DNA of 39,459 nucleotides from Abditibacterium sp. (GTDB taxonomy: Bacteria; Armatimonadota; Abditibacteriia; Abditibacteriales; Abditibacteriaceae): assembly GCA_043773205.1 (NCBI GenBank), contig JAYVFL010000263.1, positions 1 through 39,459 of the forward strand. Direction: 5' to 3'. Shown one piece after another: positions 24,780 through 34,632 of this stretch; the first letter of the stretch is position 1, and the number at the start of each line of letters is the position of its first letter. Position numbers and translations under genes: made by a program. The notes beneath the pieces are model-generated. The model saw only the letters and a list, made by a program, of their open reading frames with translations, was not told the DNA's origin and did not search any database.

Positions 24780-25993
24780 GATTTGGGTGTTGTGGGCGTT
24801 GCGGTGCGCGGCACCTCAGCGATAGTTGTGAACGAACCGGTCACTAAAATCGTGTCTTCGGGACGCGCCAGGAGTTTGGCACGCGCGAGGGCGGCTTCGA
24901 CAGGCGTGATTTCCTCAACGTGATGGCAAAATTGGCGCGCGATTTCAGCGATTTGCGAAGCAGTTGCCGCGCGCGGCGAGTTAGATTGCGTTGCGATGAC
25001 GGTTTTGGCCAGCGGCGCGAGAATTTGCGTCATTTGGGCGAAATCTTTGTCCGCTAAAATGCCCAATACGAGGATGAGATTGGGGGCATCGATTTGGCGC
25101 CGCTTCAATTCGACGGCGATGCTTTGAGCGCCATCGGGGTTGTTGGCGCCATCGATGACAATGTGTGGCGAAGCGGCGATAAATTCGAAGCGGCCCGGCA
25201 CTTCGCTCATGTGATGTGCCGGGAGTTCAGGTGTCGACCAGTGGAGTTGTCTTTTGAATTGGCTGGCCACAACCATTGCAAAAGCCCGATTTTGATGTTG
25301 AAACGAGGGCAAATTCAACGTAGAATTGACGAAAACCGCGCCAATTTGCTCGCAATGGTCGCGGAAAACCGCGAGAACGTTCTCTTTGTGTTCCGCCGTG
25401 ACAAAAGGCCGTCCCGCGCGCGCGATGCAGACTTTATCGGCGGCAATTTCTTCCAATGTGTTGCCCAATCGGTCCATGTGGTCGAGCGCGACGTGAGTAA
25501 CGACCGAAATTAGTGGATCGGTGACATTGGTTGCGTCCCATTTGCCGCCCAGTCCCACCTCGATAACAGCGGCATCGACATTTTGGCGGGCGAAATGCCA
25601 CAAACCCAGAAATGTCACGACTTCGAACTCGGTGGGCTGGCCCAAAGTGCGCGTAACGGCTTCGATATGCGGTTTGGCATCGTTGAAAAGCGCGTCCAGA
25701 TCGGCGTCGCAAATGGCGCCTTCGAAAAGTCCCTGGCCGGGCATAATGCGGATGCGTTCGTTCCAATTGTAGAGGTGAGGCGAAGTGAAAAGCCCGATTG
25801 TGCGCCCGTTTTGCGCTAAAATGCGCGCGGCGAATTCGCAGGTCGAGCCTTTGCCGTTGGTGCCGCCCACCAGCAAAACCGGGTAGCTGTTCTGGGGGTT
25901 CCCGGCGCTCTCGAGCAGGGCACGAATGCGTTCCAGGCCGGGTCGAATGCCAAAACGCTGCAAATTTTGCAGATAAGTGTCGAGTTGAGTCAT
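24776..25993 (-). CDS. folC: Bifunctional folylpolyglutamate synthase / dihydrofolate synthase
   Basis: GTNGKGS, FTSPHL, NERI, TEFE, EVGLGG.WDATNV, LDH…LG, PGRFE and VTGSF motifs. Start placed at ATG 25993 (alternative 26053). Confidence 0.95.
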   Translation of the reverse strand: MTQLDTYLQNLQRFGIRPGLERIRALLESAGNPQNSYPVLLVGGTNGKGSTCEFAARILAQNGRTIGLFTSPHLYNWNERIRIMPGQGLFEGAICDADLDALFNDAKPHIEAVTRTLGQPTEFEVVTFLGLWHFARQNVDAAVIEVGLGGKWDATNVTDPLISVVTHVALDHMDRLGNTLEEIAADKVCIARAGRPFVTAEHKENVLAVFRDHCEQIGAVFVNSTLNLPSFQHQNRAFAMVVASQFKRQLHWSTPELPAHHMSEVPGRFEFIAASPHIVIDGANNPDGAQSIAVELKRRQIDAPNLILVLGILADKDFAQMTQILAPLAKTVIATQSNSPRAATASQIAEIARQFCHHVEEITPVEAALARAKLLARPEDTILVTGSFTTIAEVPRTATPTTPKS

Positions 25994-26176
25994 GGTTTTG
26001 AGCGCGATTTCGGGGGCGAATAGGCCCTGAAACTGGGGGCGAAAAATCGCCATTATGTTAACATATGGCTACGTTCCTGCCCGAAATTGAAGGAGTAAAC
26101 CGCTCTACAGCGCGTGCTTCTGTTTTCCTGTTTCGTCTTTGACGTGAATCCCTGATTATTTTTGAGGTTTCGCTGA

Positions 26177-29100
26177 ATGCGTTGGCCCCGCCGCATACCC
26201 TCTCTCTTTTTACTTTCGCTGGTTATTTGGGTCGTTTTGTGGCCAAATACCAGTTTTGCGCAAACTTCCGATGCCGCAACTTCTGATGTCGCCGCGCGTT
26301 TGCGCTCTGATGTCGAGGCGCTGACCGCTTTTCCTTCCCGCGTGCCTGGAACGCCAGGAAATCGCGCGGCGGCGGCGTTTGTTGAAGCGCGATTCAAGCA
26401 AATCGGGCTTCAACAAACGCGCGCCGACCAAGATTTCATCACCGCGCCCGTGACTCAAAGCGCCAGCCTGACCCTGGGCGGGCGGGTTTTGGAAATCGCG
26501 CCGATTTACCCGAATCACGTTGTCGCCTCAACCACGCCCATCGCCGGGCTTTCCGGCCCGCTGGTTTATGCTGGGCAGGGCAGACCCGTCGATTTCAACG
26601 GGCAAAAAGTGGCGGGTTCGGTTGTGGCGCTCGATTTCAATTCGGGTATGAAGTGGATTACAGCCGCCGATTTGGGCGCCAAGGCCATCGTCTTTTTGGA
26701 GCCAACTCTCACCGAGCGCGGCGAAGCGGAGCGGAAATTCACGTATTTGCCCGTCGAAGTGCCCCGATATTACGCGCGCGGCGCCGTAGCAGACGCGATT
26801 CGGGCTTCCAGCGGCCAAAACGCCACCGTGAAATCGCTTGTGGAGTGGAATCGGGTTAAAGTCGCCAATGTTTTGGGATTTCTGCCTGGCAAAAACCCGC
26901 CCGCCAGCCCGAAAGAGAAGCCCGTCGCCAACACGGTGATCATTTCGGCTTACTTCGATTCGATGTCGGTTGTGCCCGATTTGGCGCCTGGAGCCGAAGC
27001 CGCTGGCAACATGGCCGCGCTTTTGGAAGTCGCCCGGCGTTTCAAGGCCAACCCGCCATCTTATAACGTGCTTTTCGTGGCGAATGGTTCGCATCACATG
27101 GCCTTGGCCGGAGTGCGAAATTTCATCGCTAACCACGTTATCGACCGCGATGGCAAAGGCGACGCCGCCAAAAAAGCCGAAATCGCATCGTATCGCGCTT
27201 TTATCGGCTTGGATTTGACTTCGCGCACCAAAACGGTGGGAATTTTCGCCAAATCGTGGTTCTACAACCAGATGACAGTGGGCAGCGAAAACATCCTGCT
27301 CAACCAGTTTTCCAACCTCGCCAAGTCGGTGGGACGTTACGCACAGGAAGAGGCCGATAAAACCAAATCGCCCATCGAAGAAGCCTTTGTCGATGGCATT
27401 ACAGGTCGCGAAGGTCGCACCTGGCGCTCTTATTTGCCCTCGCAAATCGCGCTCGATTCCGAAGCGGCGACCATGGCGGCGCTGCCCGGATTTTCGTTTG
27501 CCACCGCCAACGATTCCCGGTTGTTACAGGACACGCCTTTCGACACTGTCGCGGCGATGAACCTGCCCAATTTAACCTCTCAAGTGGAATCAGTTGAAGG
27601 TTTGATGCGGCGCACTCTGATTGACGTGGCCGAAGGCGACGCGAAAAGTGCGCCGCTTTTGCCTGCGCCCGGAGTTTTGTCGAAGAATTTCGGTTTTGTG
27701 ACGGGACGCGCCATTTTTCGCGATGTCTCCAAAGCCACCAGTTTTTTGCCCGATACGCCGCTTCCCGATTCGCAAATCGGCAACGCGGGCGTGCAAGCCG
27801 TCGGCGCCGTGGTTTCCGACCGCATTCTCGGCCCGGTTTTAGAAAACAAAACTTATTCGGGCGTGCGCGGCGTAATGATTGAGCGCGCCCAATACTCGCT
27901 GGGCGCCAAGGGCATCAATCAGGTTTCGCAGTTCACTTTTGTCGGCCCCCGCGTGGGCGACCCCAAAGGTGGCGGCACTCCGATTTACGAATTTGAAGCC
28001 TTCGCCATTAACCGCGACGGTCACATGATTTTCGCGCCCGACCGCGGCGCCGAACGCCAACGCTTCATCCCCACTTTCATCAAAGCCAATGCAACGCGCG
28101 ATTATAAAGATGAAAAGCTGCGTCAAATTAACCCGCAGGCCTCGCTGATTTGCTTCAAAGCGCGCGCTGTCACGATTTTCGATACCTTGGATCAGCGTTA
28201 CTTCTCGGTTTTGAAGGAGATGACGGTCTTGGATGCCCGAACCGATGCCAGTCCGGTCGAATACTCGTTTTTGCGGCCCAATGCGCCGGGCGGCATCGCC
28301 GAAATCGAACCCATCGCGGTGATTTTTGGCAAGCGAGACGAGCGCTTCAAACTCATTATGGCGGCGGGTCTGCTGGGAAAACGGCTGGTTTTGCTGCGCA
28401 CAGAAACTCCCGACCTCAAAACCCAGCCCATCTCTTACGAAGGCGCTGGATTCACGGTTGACGACACCTCGGATGCGCTTCGGATTCCCTATTTGGCCTA
28501 TCAAACGGCGCTCGATTTGTGGACGCTCGACCAGCAGCGCATTCAGCTTCTCAAAGGTTTTGGCATTAACAACGAACGCGTCGATGCTTTGCATGGCGCG
28601 GCAGGTTGCCCGCCGGGGGAAAAGAGCGCGTTTTTATGTCCGAAGGCGGCGATTGCACTCCCAACGGGCGGCTCGCTCAAACTGGCGGGAGATGCGCTGG
28701 GCGCGCAGCAATACGACACGTTTTATCGCGAATCGCGCCGCGCTTTCGCCCTCGAATCGCGCGCTTATCCCGACGTGGAAGGCACCTCGCAGGACGTGCT
28801 GAAAGGCATCATCTTCTATCTGGCGCTGCTGCTGCCCTTCGCTTATTTCATGGAGCGGATTCTGTTCGGCTTTTCCGATGTGCGCAAGCAAATCGCGGGC
28901 ACATCCTTTGTGTTCCTCGTTGTTTTTGGCGCGATTCGGTTTGTCCATCCGGCGTTTGAACTCGCGGCGACACCGTTCATTATTTTGCTGGCGTTCGTGA
29001 TTTTGGCGCTGACTGTTGTGGTAACGGCGTTTTTGCAGTCGAAATTCGAAGCCGAACTCAAACGCATGAAGCAGGGCGTGCATTACGCCGACATGGGACG

Positions 29101-31294
29101 ACTTTCGGCGCTTGGCGCGGCGCTAAGCCTGGGCGTTGCCAACATGCGGCGGCGCCCGACGCGCACGGCGCTGACCTGCACCACGCTGATTCTGCTCACC
29201 TTCACGGTGCTATCTTTCACATCGGTGACGGCCAACATCGCGAATTTCGCGCGGCCCTGGGGCGATGAAACCCGTCCGCCAGCTTATCAGGGCTTTTTGG
29301 TGCGTCAGCCCGATTGGGGATCCATGTCCGAAGTGGCTGTTGGATCTTTGCGCAACGAACTCACGGCGCAAAAATTGGGTGAACCGGCGCTTCGCGCCTG
29401 GTATTTATCGCGCGATCAGGGCGAACCGCTTCAAATTCGCGTCAACAGCGCAAGCGACCCCAACAGCTTTTACTACGCGCCCGCGCTGGTTGGAATGACG
29501 CCGCAGGAAGAAGAAATCGGTTCGCCCATTGTCAAAACTCTTTTGCCGGGTGGCCGCTGGTTCCGCCCCGGCGAAACCGATGTGGCGCTTTTGCCACGCG
29601 ATGTTTTGCTCGATGAAGCCACCAAATCTGCCGAGCGTCCCGCCGTTACAAACGGCGCCGCCCCAACGACTTTAGTCGCGGATTCAACACCGAAAGGCTC
29701 GCCGTTGGGCCTGACTTTAGCCAATGCGGTCGGCTCGAAAATTCAGGTGGGCGGGAAAACCTTCACGGTTATCGGCGTTTTTGACGACCGCAAATGGTAT
29801 GGCCGCCAGGCGGCGGGCAACTTGCGCGACATCGACAACGAAGAATTCACGCCGGTCGATTATTCCAGCGATTCCACGCGTCAAAACCAGACGGCGGGCA
29901 CCAATGCCGCGGCTTCGGGCGGCGAAGTGCAGGTTCAGCGCTACGAACATATGCAGGCCAACGCGCTTCTGGTGATTCCCTACCAAACCGCGCTTCACAT
30001 GGGCGCCACCACGCGCTCTTTTGCCGTTGGAATCAAAAATCCAGACGCCGCGCAAAGCGAACTCGAAGATTTGATGTCGAGGGCCGCGCTCGGAATTTTC
30101 GGCGCCACGCCCGACAAAGCCAACGGCGGCAAGCTCACGGCGCGCTTATATTCCTCGGTGGAAGCGACTTCGTATGAGGGTTTTGCTTCGCTCGCGGTGC
30201 CCATTTTGATTGCGGCGCTGATTATCGCCAACACCATGCTCGGTTCCGTTTACGAGCGCACGCGCGAAATCGGCATTTATTCCTCGATTGGACTGGCGCC
30301 GATTCACATCGCGACGCTTTTTATTGCCGAAGCCATCGTTTACGCGGTTTTAGGCTCGATTTCCGGTTATCTTATCGCGCAAATCACCGCGAAAATTATC
30401 ACCGCGACCAATTTATTGCCTGGAATTACGCTCAACTATTCGAGTTCCTCGGCTGTTATCGCGACGCTCATCGTGATGATGACGGTGCTGCTTTCCACGC
30501 TTTATCCGGCTTATGCGGCCTCGAAATTGGCGAATCCCGACTCGGAAAAGAAAGATTTGGGCGATCCGGTAGGCGATTTATGGCGTTTGCAATTTCCGTT
30601 CACCGTGTCGGGGTTGCAATCTTTGGGCATGGCGCAGTTTTTGGCCGATTTTTTCGAGCAGCACACCGACACTTCGGTCGGAAAATTCTACACCGATAAA
30701 ATCAATTTGAACGGCTTGCCGCTCTATGAGGCTGTCGAGCTTTTGAACAATGGCGTTCTCGATCCCGAGATTGAAGTTCACGGCGATGAAAACTCATCTA
30801 ACGGTCAAAACTCAACTAAAGGTCAGAAAAATGGCGCGGCGCCGAGGAAAACCTTGCTGCGCCGCATGCCAAAGCCATCGGAAACGGCGCTCCTAAGCGG
30901 AACAGACACGCCGATGATGCCCTCTACGCCGCCAAAAGGCGGGCGCATCGAATTGGAAAACATCGCTGCCGACCCGCAAACCGAGGTTTATCGTTTGTCG
31001 ATGCGCACTTGGCTTGCGCCCTTCGATATGGGCGTTTCGCAGGATACCGATATCATTTTGCTGCCTTCGGATGAGCCTGGGCTTTTCGAATTGCAACTAC
31101 GTTTAGAGCGCAAAAGCGGCGAAATCGCGGCCTGGAAACGAGTCAACCGCGAATTCATGACCGAACTGCGCAAACAGCTTTTGGTGTGGCGCACGGTGAA
31201 GTCGGCATCGCAACAAGAATACATTTTGCGGGGCCGCGCGCATGTGGCGGGTCAGAAAGTGCCGGTTGAAGAGGCGGGCGCCGTCGTTGTTTAG
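26177..31294 (+). CDS. Fusion protein: signal peptide, M28-peptidase-like (PA-containing, apparently inactive) ectodomain, TM bundle, MacB-type periplasmic domain, FtsX permease, cytoplasmic tail
   Basis: SRVPGTPGNRAAAAFV, PA-like GPLVYAGQG…GAKAIVF, NVLGFLPG, AALLEVAR; MacB TM1 NMRRRPTRTALT; GKTFTVIGVF; FtsX motif NTMLGSVYERTREIGI..SIG…LFIAEA. Confidence 0.85.
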   Translation: MRWPRRIPSLFLLSLVIWVVLWPNTSFAQTSDAATSDVAARLRSDVEALTAFPSRVPGTPGNRAAAAFVEARFKQIGLQQTRADQDFITAPVTQSASLTLGGRVLEIAPIYPNHVVASTTPIAGLSGPLVYAGQGRPVDFNGQKVAGSVVALDFNSGMKWITAADLGAKAIVFLEPTLTERGEAERKFTYLPVEVPRYYARGAVADAIRASSGQNATVKSLVEWNRVKVANVLGFLPGKNPPASPKEKPVANTVIISAYFDSMSVVPDLAPGAEAAGNMAALLEVARRFKANPPSYNVLFVANGSHHMALAGVRNFIANHVIDRDGKGDAAKKAEIASYRAFIGLDLTSRTKTVGIFAKSWFYNQMTVGSENILLNQFSNLAKSVGRYAQEEADKTKSPIEEAFVDGITGREGRTWRSYLPSQIALDSEAATMAALPGFSFATANDSRLLQDTPFDTVAAMNLPNLTSQVESVEGLMRRTLIDVAEGDAKSAPLLPAPGVLSKNFGFVTGRAIFRDVSKATSFLPDTPLPDSQIGNAGVQAVGAVVSDRILGPVLENKTYSGVRGVMIERAQYSLGAKGINQVSQFTFVGPRVGDPKGGGTPIYEFEAFAINRDGHMIFAPDRGAERQRFIPTFIKANATRDYKDEKLRQINPQASLICFKARAVTIFDTLDQRYFSVLKEMTVLDARTDASPVEYSFLRPNAPGGIAEIEPIAVIFGKRDERFKLIMAAGLLGKRLVLLRTETPDLKTQPISYEGAGFTVDDTSDALRIPYLAYQTALDLWTLDQQRIQLLKGFGINNERVDALHGAAGCPPGEKSAFLCPKAAIALPTGGSLKLAGDALGAQQYDTFYRESRRAFALESRAYPDVEGTSQDVLKGIIFYLALLLPFAYFMERILFGFSDVRKQIAGTSFVFLVVFGAIRFVHPAFELAATPFIILLAFVILALTVVVTAFLQSKFEAELKRMKQGVHYADMGRLSALGAALSLGVANMRRRPTRTALTCTTLILLTFTVLSFTSVTANIANFARPWGDETRPPAYQGFLVRQPDWGSMSEVAVGSLRNELTAQKLGEPALRAWYLSRDQGEPLQIRVNSASDPNSFYYAPALVGMTPQEEEIGSPIVKTLLPGGRWFRPGETDVALLPRDVLLDEATKSAERPAVTNGAAPTTLVADSTPKGSPLGLTLANAVGSKIQVGGKTFTVIGVFDDRKWYGRQAAGNLRDIDNEEFTPVDYSSDSTRQNQTAGTNAAASGGEVQVQRYEHMQANALLVIPYQTALHMGATTRSFAVGIKNPDAAQSELEDLMSRAALGIFGATPDKANGGKLTARLYSSVEATSYEGFASLAVPILIAALIIANTMLGSVYERTREIGIYSSIGLAPIHIATLFIAEAIVYAVLGSISGYLIAQITAKIITATNLLPGITLNYSSSSAVIATLIVMMTVLLSTLYPAYAASKLANPDSEKKDLGDPVGDLWRLQFPFTVSGLQSLGMAQFLADFFEQHTDTSVGKFYTDKINLNGLPLYEAVELLNNGVLDPEIEVHGDENSSNGQNSTKGQKNGAAPRKTLLRRMPKPSETALLSGTDTPMMPSTPPKGGRIELENIAADPQTEVYRLSMRTWLAPFDMGVSQDTDIILLPSDEPGLFELQLRLERKSGEIAAWKRVNREFMTELRKQLLVWRTVKSASQQEYILRGRAHVAGQKVPVEEAGAVVV

Positions 31295-31355
31295 TTAGCG
31301 TTAAGACCTAAAAATTTTCTTTAAACGCTTCATTTATCACGCGAATTTTCGAGTC

Positions 31356-33431
31356 ATGGCATTACTTTCTCAAATCGAACCCGAAAAAAAGGGAGGCCTT
31401 ACCGGTCCACTCGATATTTCTTCGCCAACCAACGATGCATCACTGGATGTCACGGGCGAAGACGAAGAGTTTTACGACGGGTTTTCCTGGAAAACCGTGA
31501 TCGGCGCGCTGTTCATCGGTTTCATTATGATGCCGGGTTCGATTTATCTGGGCCTTATCGCGGGGCAGGGCATGGGGCCAGCCGCCGAATGGGTCACGAT
31601 CATCCTGTTCATGGAGGTCGCGCGGCGCTCCTATCAAACCATGAAAAAGCAGGAAATTTACCTGCTTTATTACGTGGGCGCCGCCCTGACAACACAAGTG
31701 GCCGGAATTGCGATTGCGGGTGGCCCGTTTGCGACTTTAATTTGGAACTCTTACGTGGCCAACACGCCCATCGCCAACCAGTTGGGCATTACCGAAGGGC
31801 TTCGCAACGCGCCGTGGGCCGCAATTATCGGCGATTCGCCCGGTTTATTGAACCGCACCTTTTTCAGCGCCGATTGGCTCCCCGCCATCGGTTTGCTGAT
31901 GTTCAACCAGCTTTTTGGTCGCATGACATCCTGGGGCTTAGGTTATGTGCTGTTTCGCATCACGAGTGATGTCGAAAAACTGCCGTTTCCCCTCGCTCCC
32001 ATCGCGGCAGAAGGCGCGACGGCTCTGGCCGAATCGTCGTCGCAAAAAGAGGGCTGGCGCTGGCGTATCTTTTCGATTGGTTCGATGATTGGCGTTGGCT
32101 GGGGCGCGATGTATATCTTGCTTCCCGCCGTCACCGGCCTGATTTTCGCGCAACCCATCACGATTTTGTCGGTGCCGTTCATCGACTACACCGCCAACAC
32201 CCAAAAAATCTTGCCCGCCGCGCTGACAGGTCTTGGAACCGATTTAGGCCAGGTATTCATTGGGTTTTTGCTGCCGCTTCCGGTTGTGGTGGGCACTTTC
32301 ATCGCCTCGATTGGGTGTTTCGTTTTTGCGAATCCAATTTTGCAAAACGGCGGCATCTTGCAGCGTTTTGGATACAACGGCGGCGTGCTGAAAACCTGGG
32401 TTCAGGGCACCGATATGCTGCAAACGCAGCTCGTCAACACGCTCGATTTCTGGCTTTCCTTTGGAATTGGCACCTCGCTTGTGGTCGCTGTTATCGGGGT
32501 TTTCAGCGTGGTGCGCTCGCTAATTAAGGCGCGCAAACAGAATGAAATGGGCGTGGGCACGTCCAGTTTGGTGCCGCCGCCCGGTCGCGGTGACATCTCG
32601 ATTTGGCTTTCTCTGGCGATTTTTGCCGTGGGAACGGCGGCCTACATCATCATGTGCCACGCTCTGGTGCCAGCCTTCCCGCTGTGGGTTTTGATCTTCT
32701 TCGGTTTCGTCTGGACGCCGATTTTCTCTTATATCAACGCGCGCATGGCGGGTTTGGCGGGCACGAACGTCTCTATTCCTTACGTGAAGGAAGCCAGTTT
32801 CATGCTTGCGGGTTACCGCAATGTTGACATTTGGTTCGCCCCGATTCCACTCGCCGATTACGGCTACATGGCGACTCATTTTCGCACCGTTGAACTGACC
32901 AAAACCAAGTTCACTTCCATCATCAAGGTCGAACTTTTGATGCTGCCAATTATGCTGGGTTGTTCGCTGCTTTTCTGGAGCTTCATCTGGAAATTGTCGC
33001 CGATTCCGGCTGCGAGCTACCCATTTGCCGCCAAATTTTGGCCCATTAGCGCGCAAACGCAGGCGCTGTGGTTCACCGCCAACCGCGAAGGCGAAAGCAA
33101 CTTCTTGTTGCAATCGATTCGCATGCCTTACATCCTGGCGGGTGGCGGCGCGGCAGTTTTGTCGTTTGGAGCCATCGTCGCGGGCGGCTTGCCGGTGCTG
33201 CTGTTTTACGGCCTCATCAACGGAACTCACACTTTGCCCGCATACGCTCTGCCGCAGTTCATCGGGGCGATGCTGGGCCGCTATTACTTCCAAAAACGCT
33301 ATGGAAAAGAGAATTGGCGGGCATTTACGCCGGTTTTAGTCGCCGGATATTACTGCGGCATGGGCTTAATTGGAATGGCGGCGGTTGCACTCGCTCTATT
33401 GTCCAAAAGCGTGTCGCGGTTGCCGTTTTAA
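31356..33431 (+). CDS. OPT-superfamily-like polytopic membrane protein (putative peptide transporter)
   Basis: 691 aa with many hydrophobic segments; FSWKTVIGALFIG…YLGL.AG N-terminus and EKLPFP motif resemble OPT/YSL transporters; 61 bp downstream of the fusion gene. Confidence 0.7.
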   Translation: MALLSQIEPEKKGGLTGPLDISSPTNDASLDVTGEDEEFYDGFSWKTVIGALFIGFIMMPGSIYLGLIAGQGMGPAAEWVTIILFMEVARRSYQTMKKQEIYLLYYVGAALTTQVAGIAIAGGPFATLIWNSYVANTPIANQLGITEGLRNAPWAAIIGDSPGLLNRTFFSADWLPAIGLLMFNQLFGRMTSWGLGYVLFRITSDVEKLPFPLAPIAAEGATALAESSSQKEGWRWRIFSIGSMIGVGWGAMYILLPAVTGLIFAQPITILSVPFIDYTANTQKILPAALTGLGTDLGQVFIGFLLPLPVVVGTFIASIGCFVFANPILQNGGILQRFGYNGGVLKTWVQGTDMLQTQLVNTLDFWLSFGIGTSLVVAVIGVFSVVRSLIKARKQNEMGVGTSSLVPPPGRGDISIWLSLAIFAVGTAAYIIMCHALVPAFPLWVLIFFGFVWTPIFSYINARMAGLAGTNVSIPYVKEASFMLAGYRNVDIWFAPIPLADYGYMATHFRTVELTKTKFTSIIKVELLMLPIMLGCSLLFWSFIWKLSPIPAASYPFAAKFWPISAQTQALWFTANREGESNFLLQSIRMPYILAGGGAAVLSFGAIVAGGLPVLLFYGLINGTHTLPAYALPQFIGAMLGRYYFQKRYGKENWRAFTPVLVAGYYCGMGLIGMAAVALALLSKSVSRLPF

Positions 33432-33446
33432 GCGAAATTGAAAACA

Positions 33447-33478
33447 AAAACGCCCGCTTCGGTCGAAGCGGGCGTTTT
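33447..33478 (+). terminator. Intrinsic terminator closing the M28-FtsX/OPT operon
   Basis: aaaacgcccgcttcg-gt-cgaagcgggcgtttt. Confidence 0.85.
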
Positions 33479-33605
33479 GTATTGCATAAACGGCGGGTGA
33501 AAACTCTCACAAACCACGGCTCAATTTTCGAAAGAGGCTGCCATCAAATTTGAAGGCACGCAACTGGTTCCAACGCGGGTCGGGCTACAATATCAGGTGA
33601 TAATT

Positions 33606-34589
33606 ATGAGAACTCTGGCTTTATTTTTAGCCAGCATCGTGGGGTCATCGTGTCTTCCATTCGCCGTCCAAGCGGACATTGCACCTGACCCCATGAGCGG
33701 TGGTGTTTCTCTTGAAGTGCCGGGGAGCAGCCAGACAGAAATTGCCTTGCGGCACAACACGGTGAAGATACAAGTCTCGCCCTCGCGCTGCAAAACGCGG
33801 GCGTTCTTCCGCTTGCACAACACAGGCAAGGACACGAACCTCGAAGTGGGTTTTCCTCTGACACGGAAAGGGGAAGCTGCCGATTTTCAGGTTTTTGTTG
33901 ATAATAAGTCAATCGGTTTCAATGATAAAACCAAAGAAGGCACCACACCTATTGGACAGAAACGTATTCGGCGCTGGAAAGCATGGACGATGAATTTCGC
34001 TCCGAACGCTACGCATTTAGTCGAGGTTCGTTACAGCAATCAGCTATCAGAGGGCTGGTCACGCAATTTAAGTGACTTTTATTATCCGACTTACCGTGAA
34101 TGGGAAACGACTGGAAAGGATTACAACGTGGGCGACTACGGTTACAAAGAACGGGCAGAGCTTCATGATTGGCTCCAGATCAAGCAAGCCGAATACATTT
34201 TGGTGACGGGAAGTTACTGGAAAGGGCCTATTGAGCGTTGCCGCGTTGAGGTGGATGTTGAGAATGTGGCCACTGACTCAATTGCGGATGTTCAGCCACC
34301 GCCCAAGTCATTTTCTCCGCGACAGATTGTGTGGCAATGGAACAACGTGGAACTGCCACGGAACATCGGAATTGTCTTCGTAGGCGGCTTATCTCCGCGA
34401 AGGACAATCATTCCCTATGTCGAGAAAATAGCGGCTCAAAATCCACAAGACGAAAAGATACAGACAACCCTAACAATGATGAAACAAGACTTTCCAAATG
34501 AGCAAAAGGAAAAAGAGCGTCAAAATAGCTTTTTTCATCCGAATAACGGTTCATTCACATTCCCGCGAGTCGCGAAGCCCAACCCATAA
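33606..34589 (+). CDS. Secreted DUF4424-like hypothetical protein
   Basis: Signal peptide ending AVQA|D; FRLHNTG…LEVGFP, DFQVFVD, VEVRY and YILVTGSYWKGPI motifs. Start placed at ATG 33606. Confidence 0.6.
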   Translation: MRTLALFLASIVGSSCLPFAVQADIAPDPMSGGVSLEVPGSSQTEIALRHNTVKIQVSPSRCKTRAFFRLHNTGKDTNLEVGFPLTRKGEAADFQVFVDNKSIGFNDKTKEGTTPIGQKRIRRWKAWTMNFAPNATHLVEVRYSNQLSEGWSRNLSDFYYPTYREWETTGKDYNVGDYGYKERAELHDWLQIKQAEYILVTGSYWKGPIERCRVEVDVENVATDSIADVQPPPKSFSPRQIVWQWNNVELPRNIGIVFVGGLSPRRTIIPYVEKIAAQNPQDEKIQTTLTMMKQDFPNEQKEKERQNSFFHPNNGSFTFPRVAKPNP

Positions 34590-34632
34590 CAGAGGTGTCG
34601 CTAAAAATCTCAGTCTTGTTTTGTTTCTACTT

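Noticed and set aside
33565-34630. DUF4424-like gene as an integron cassette (GCCCAAC near its stop, GTCGGGC upstream)
   Set aside because: No complementary GTTRRRY or attC stem downstream, and no integrase in the window.
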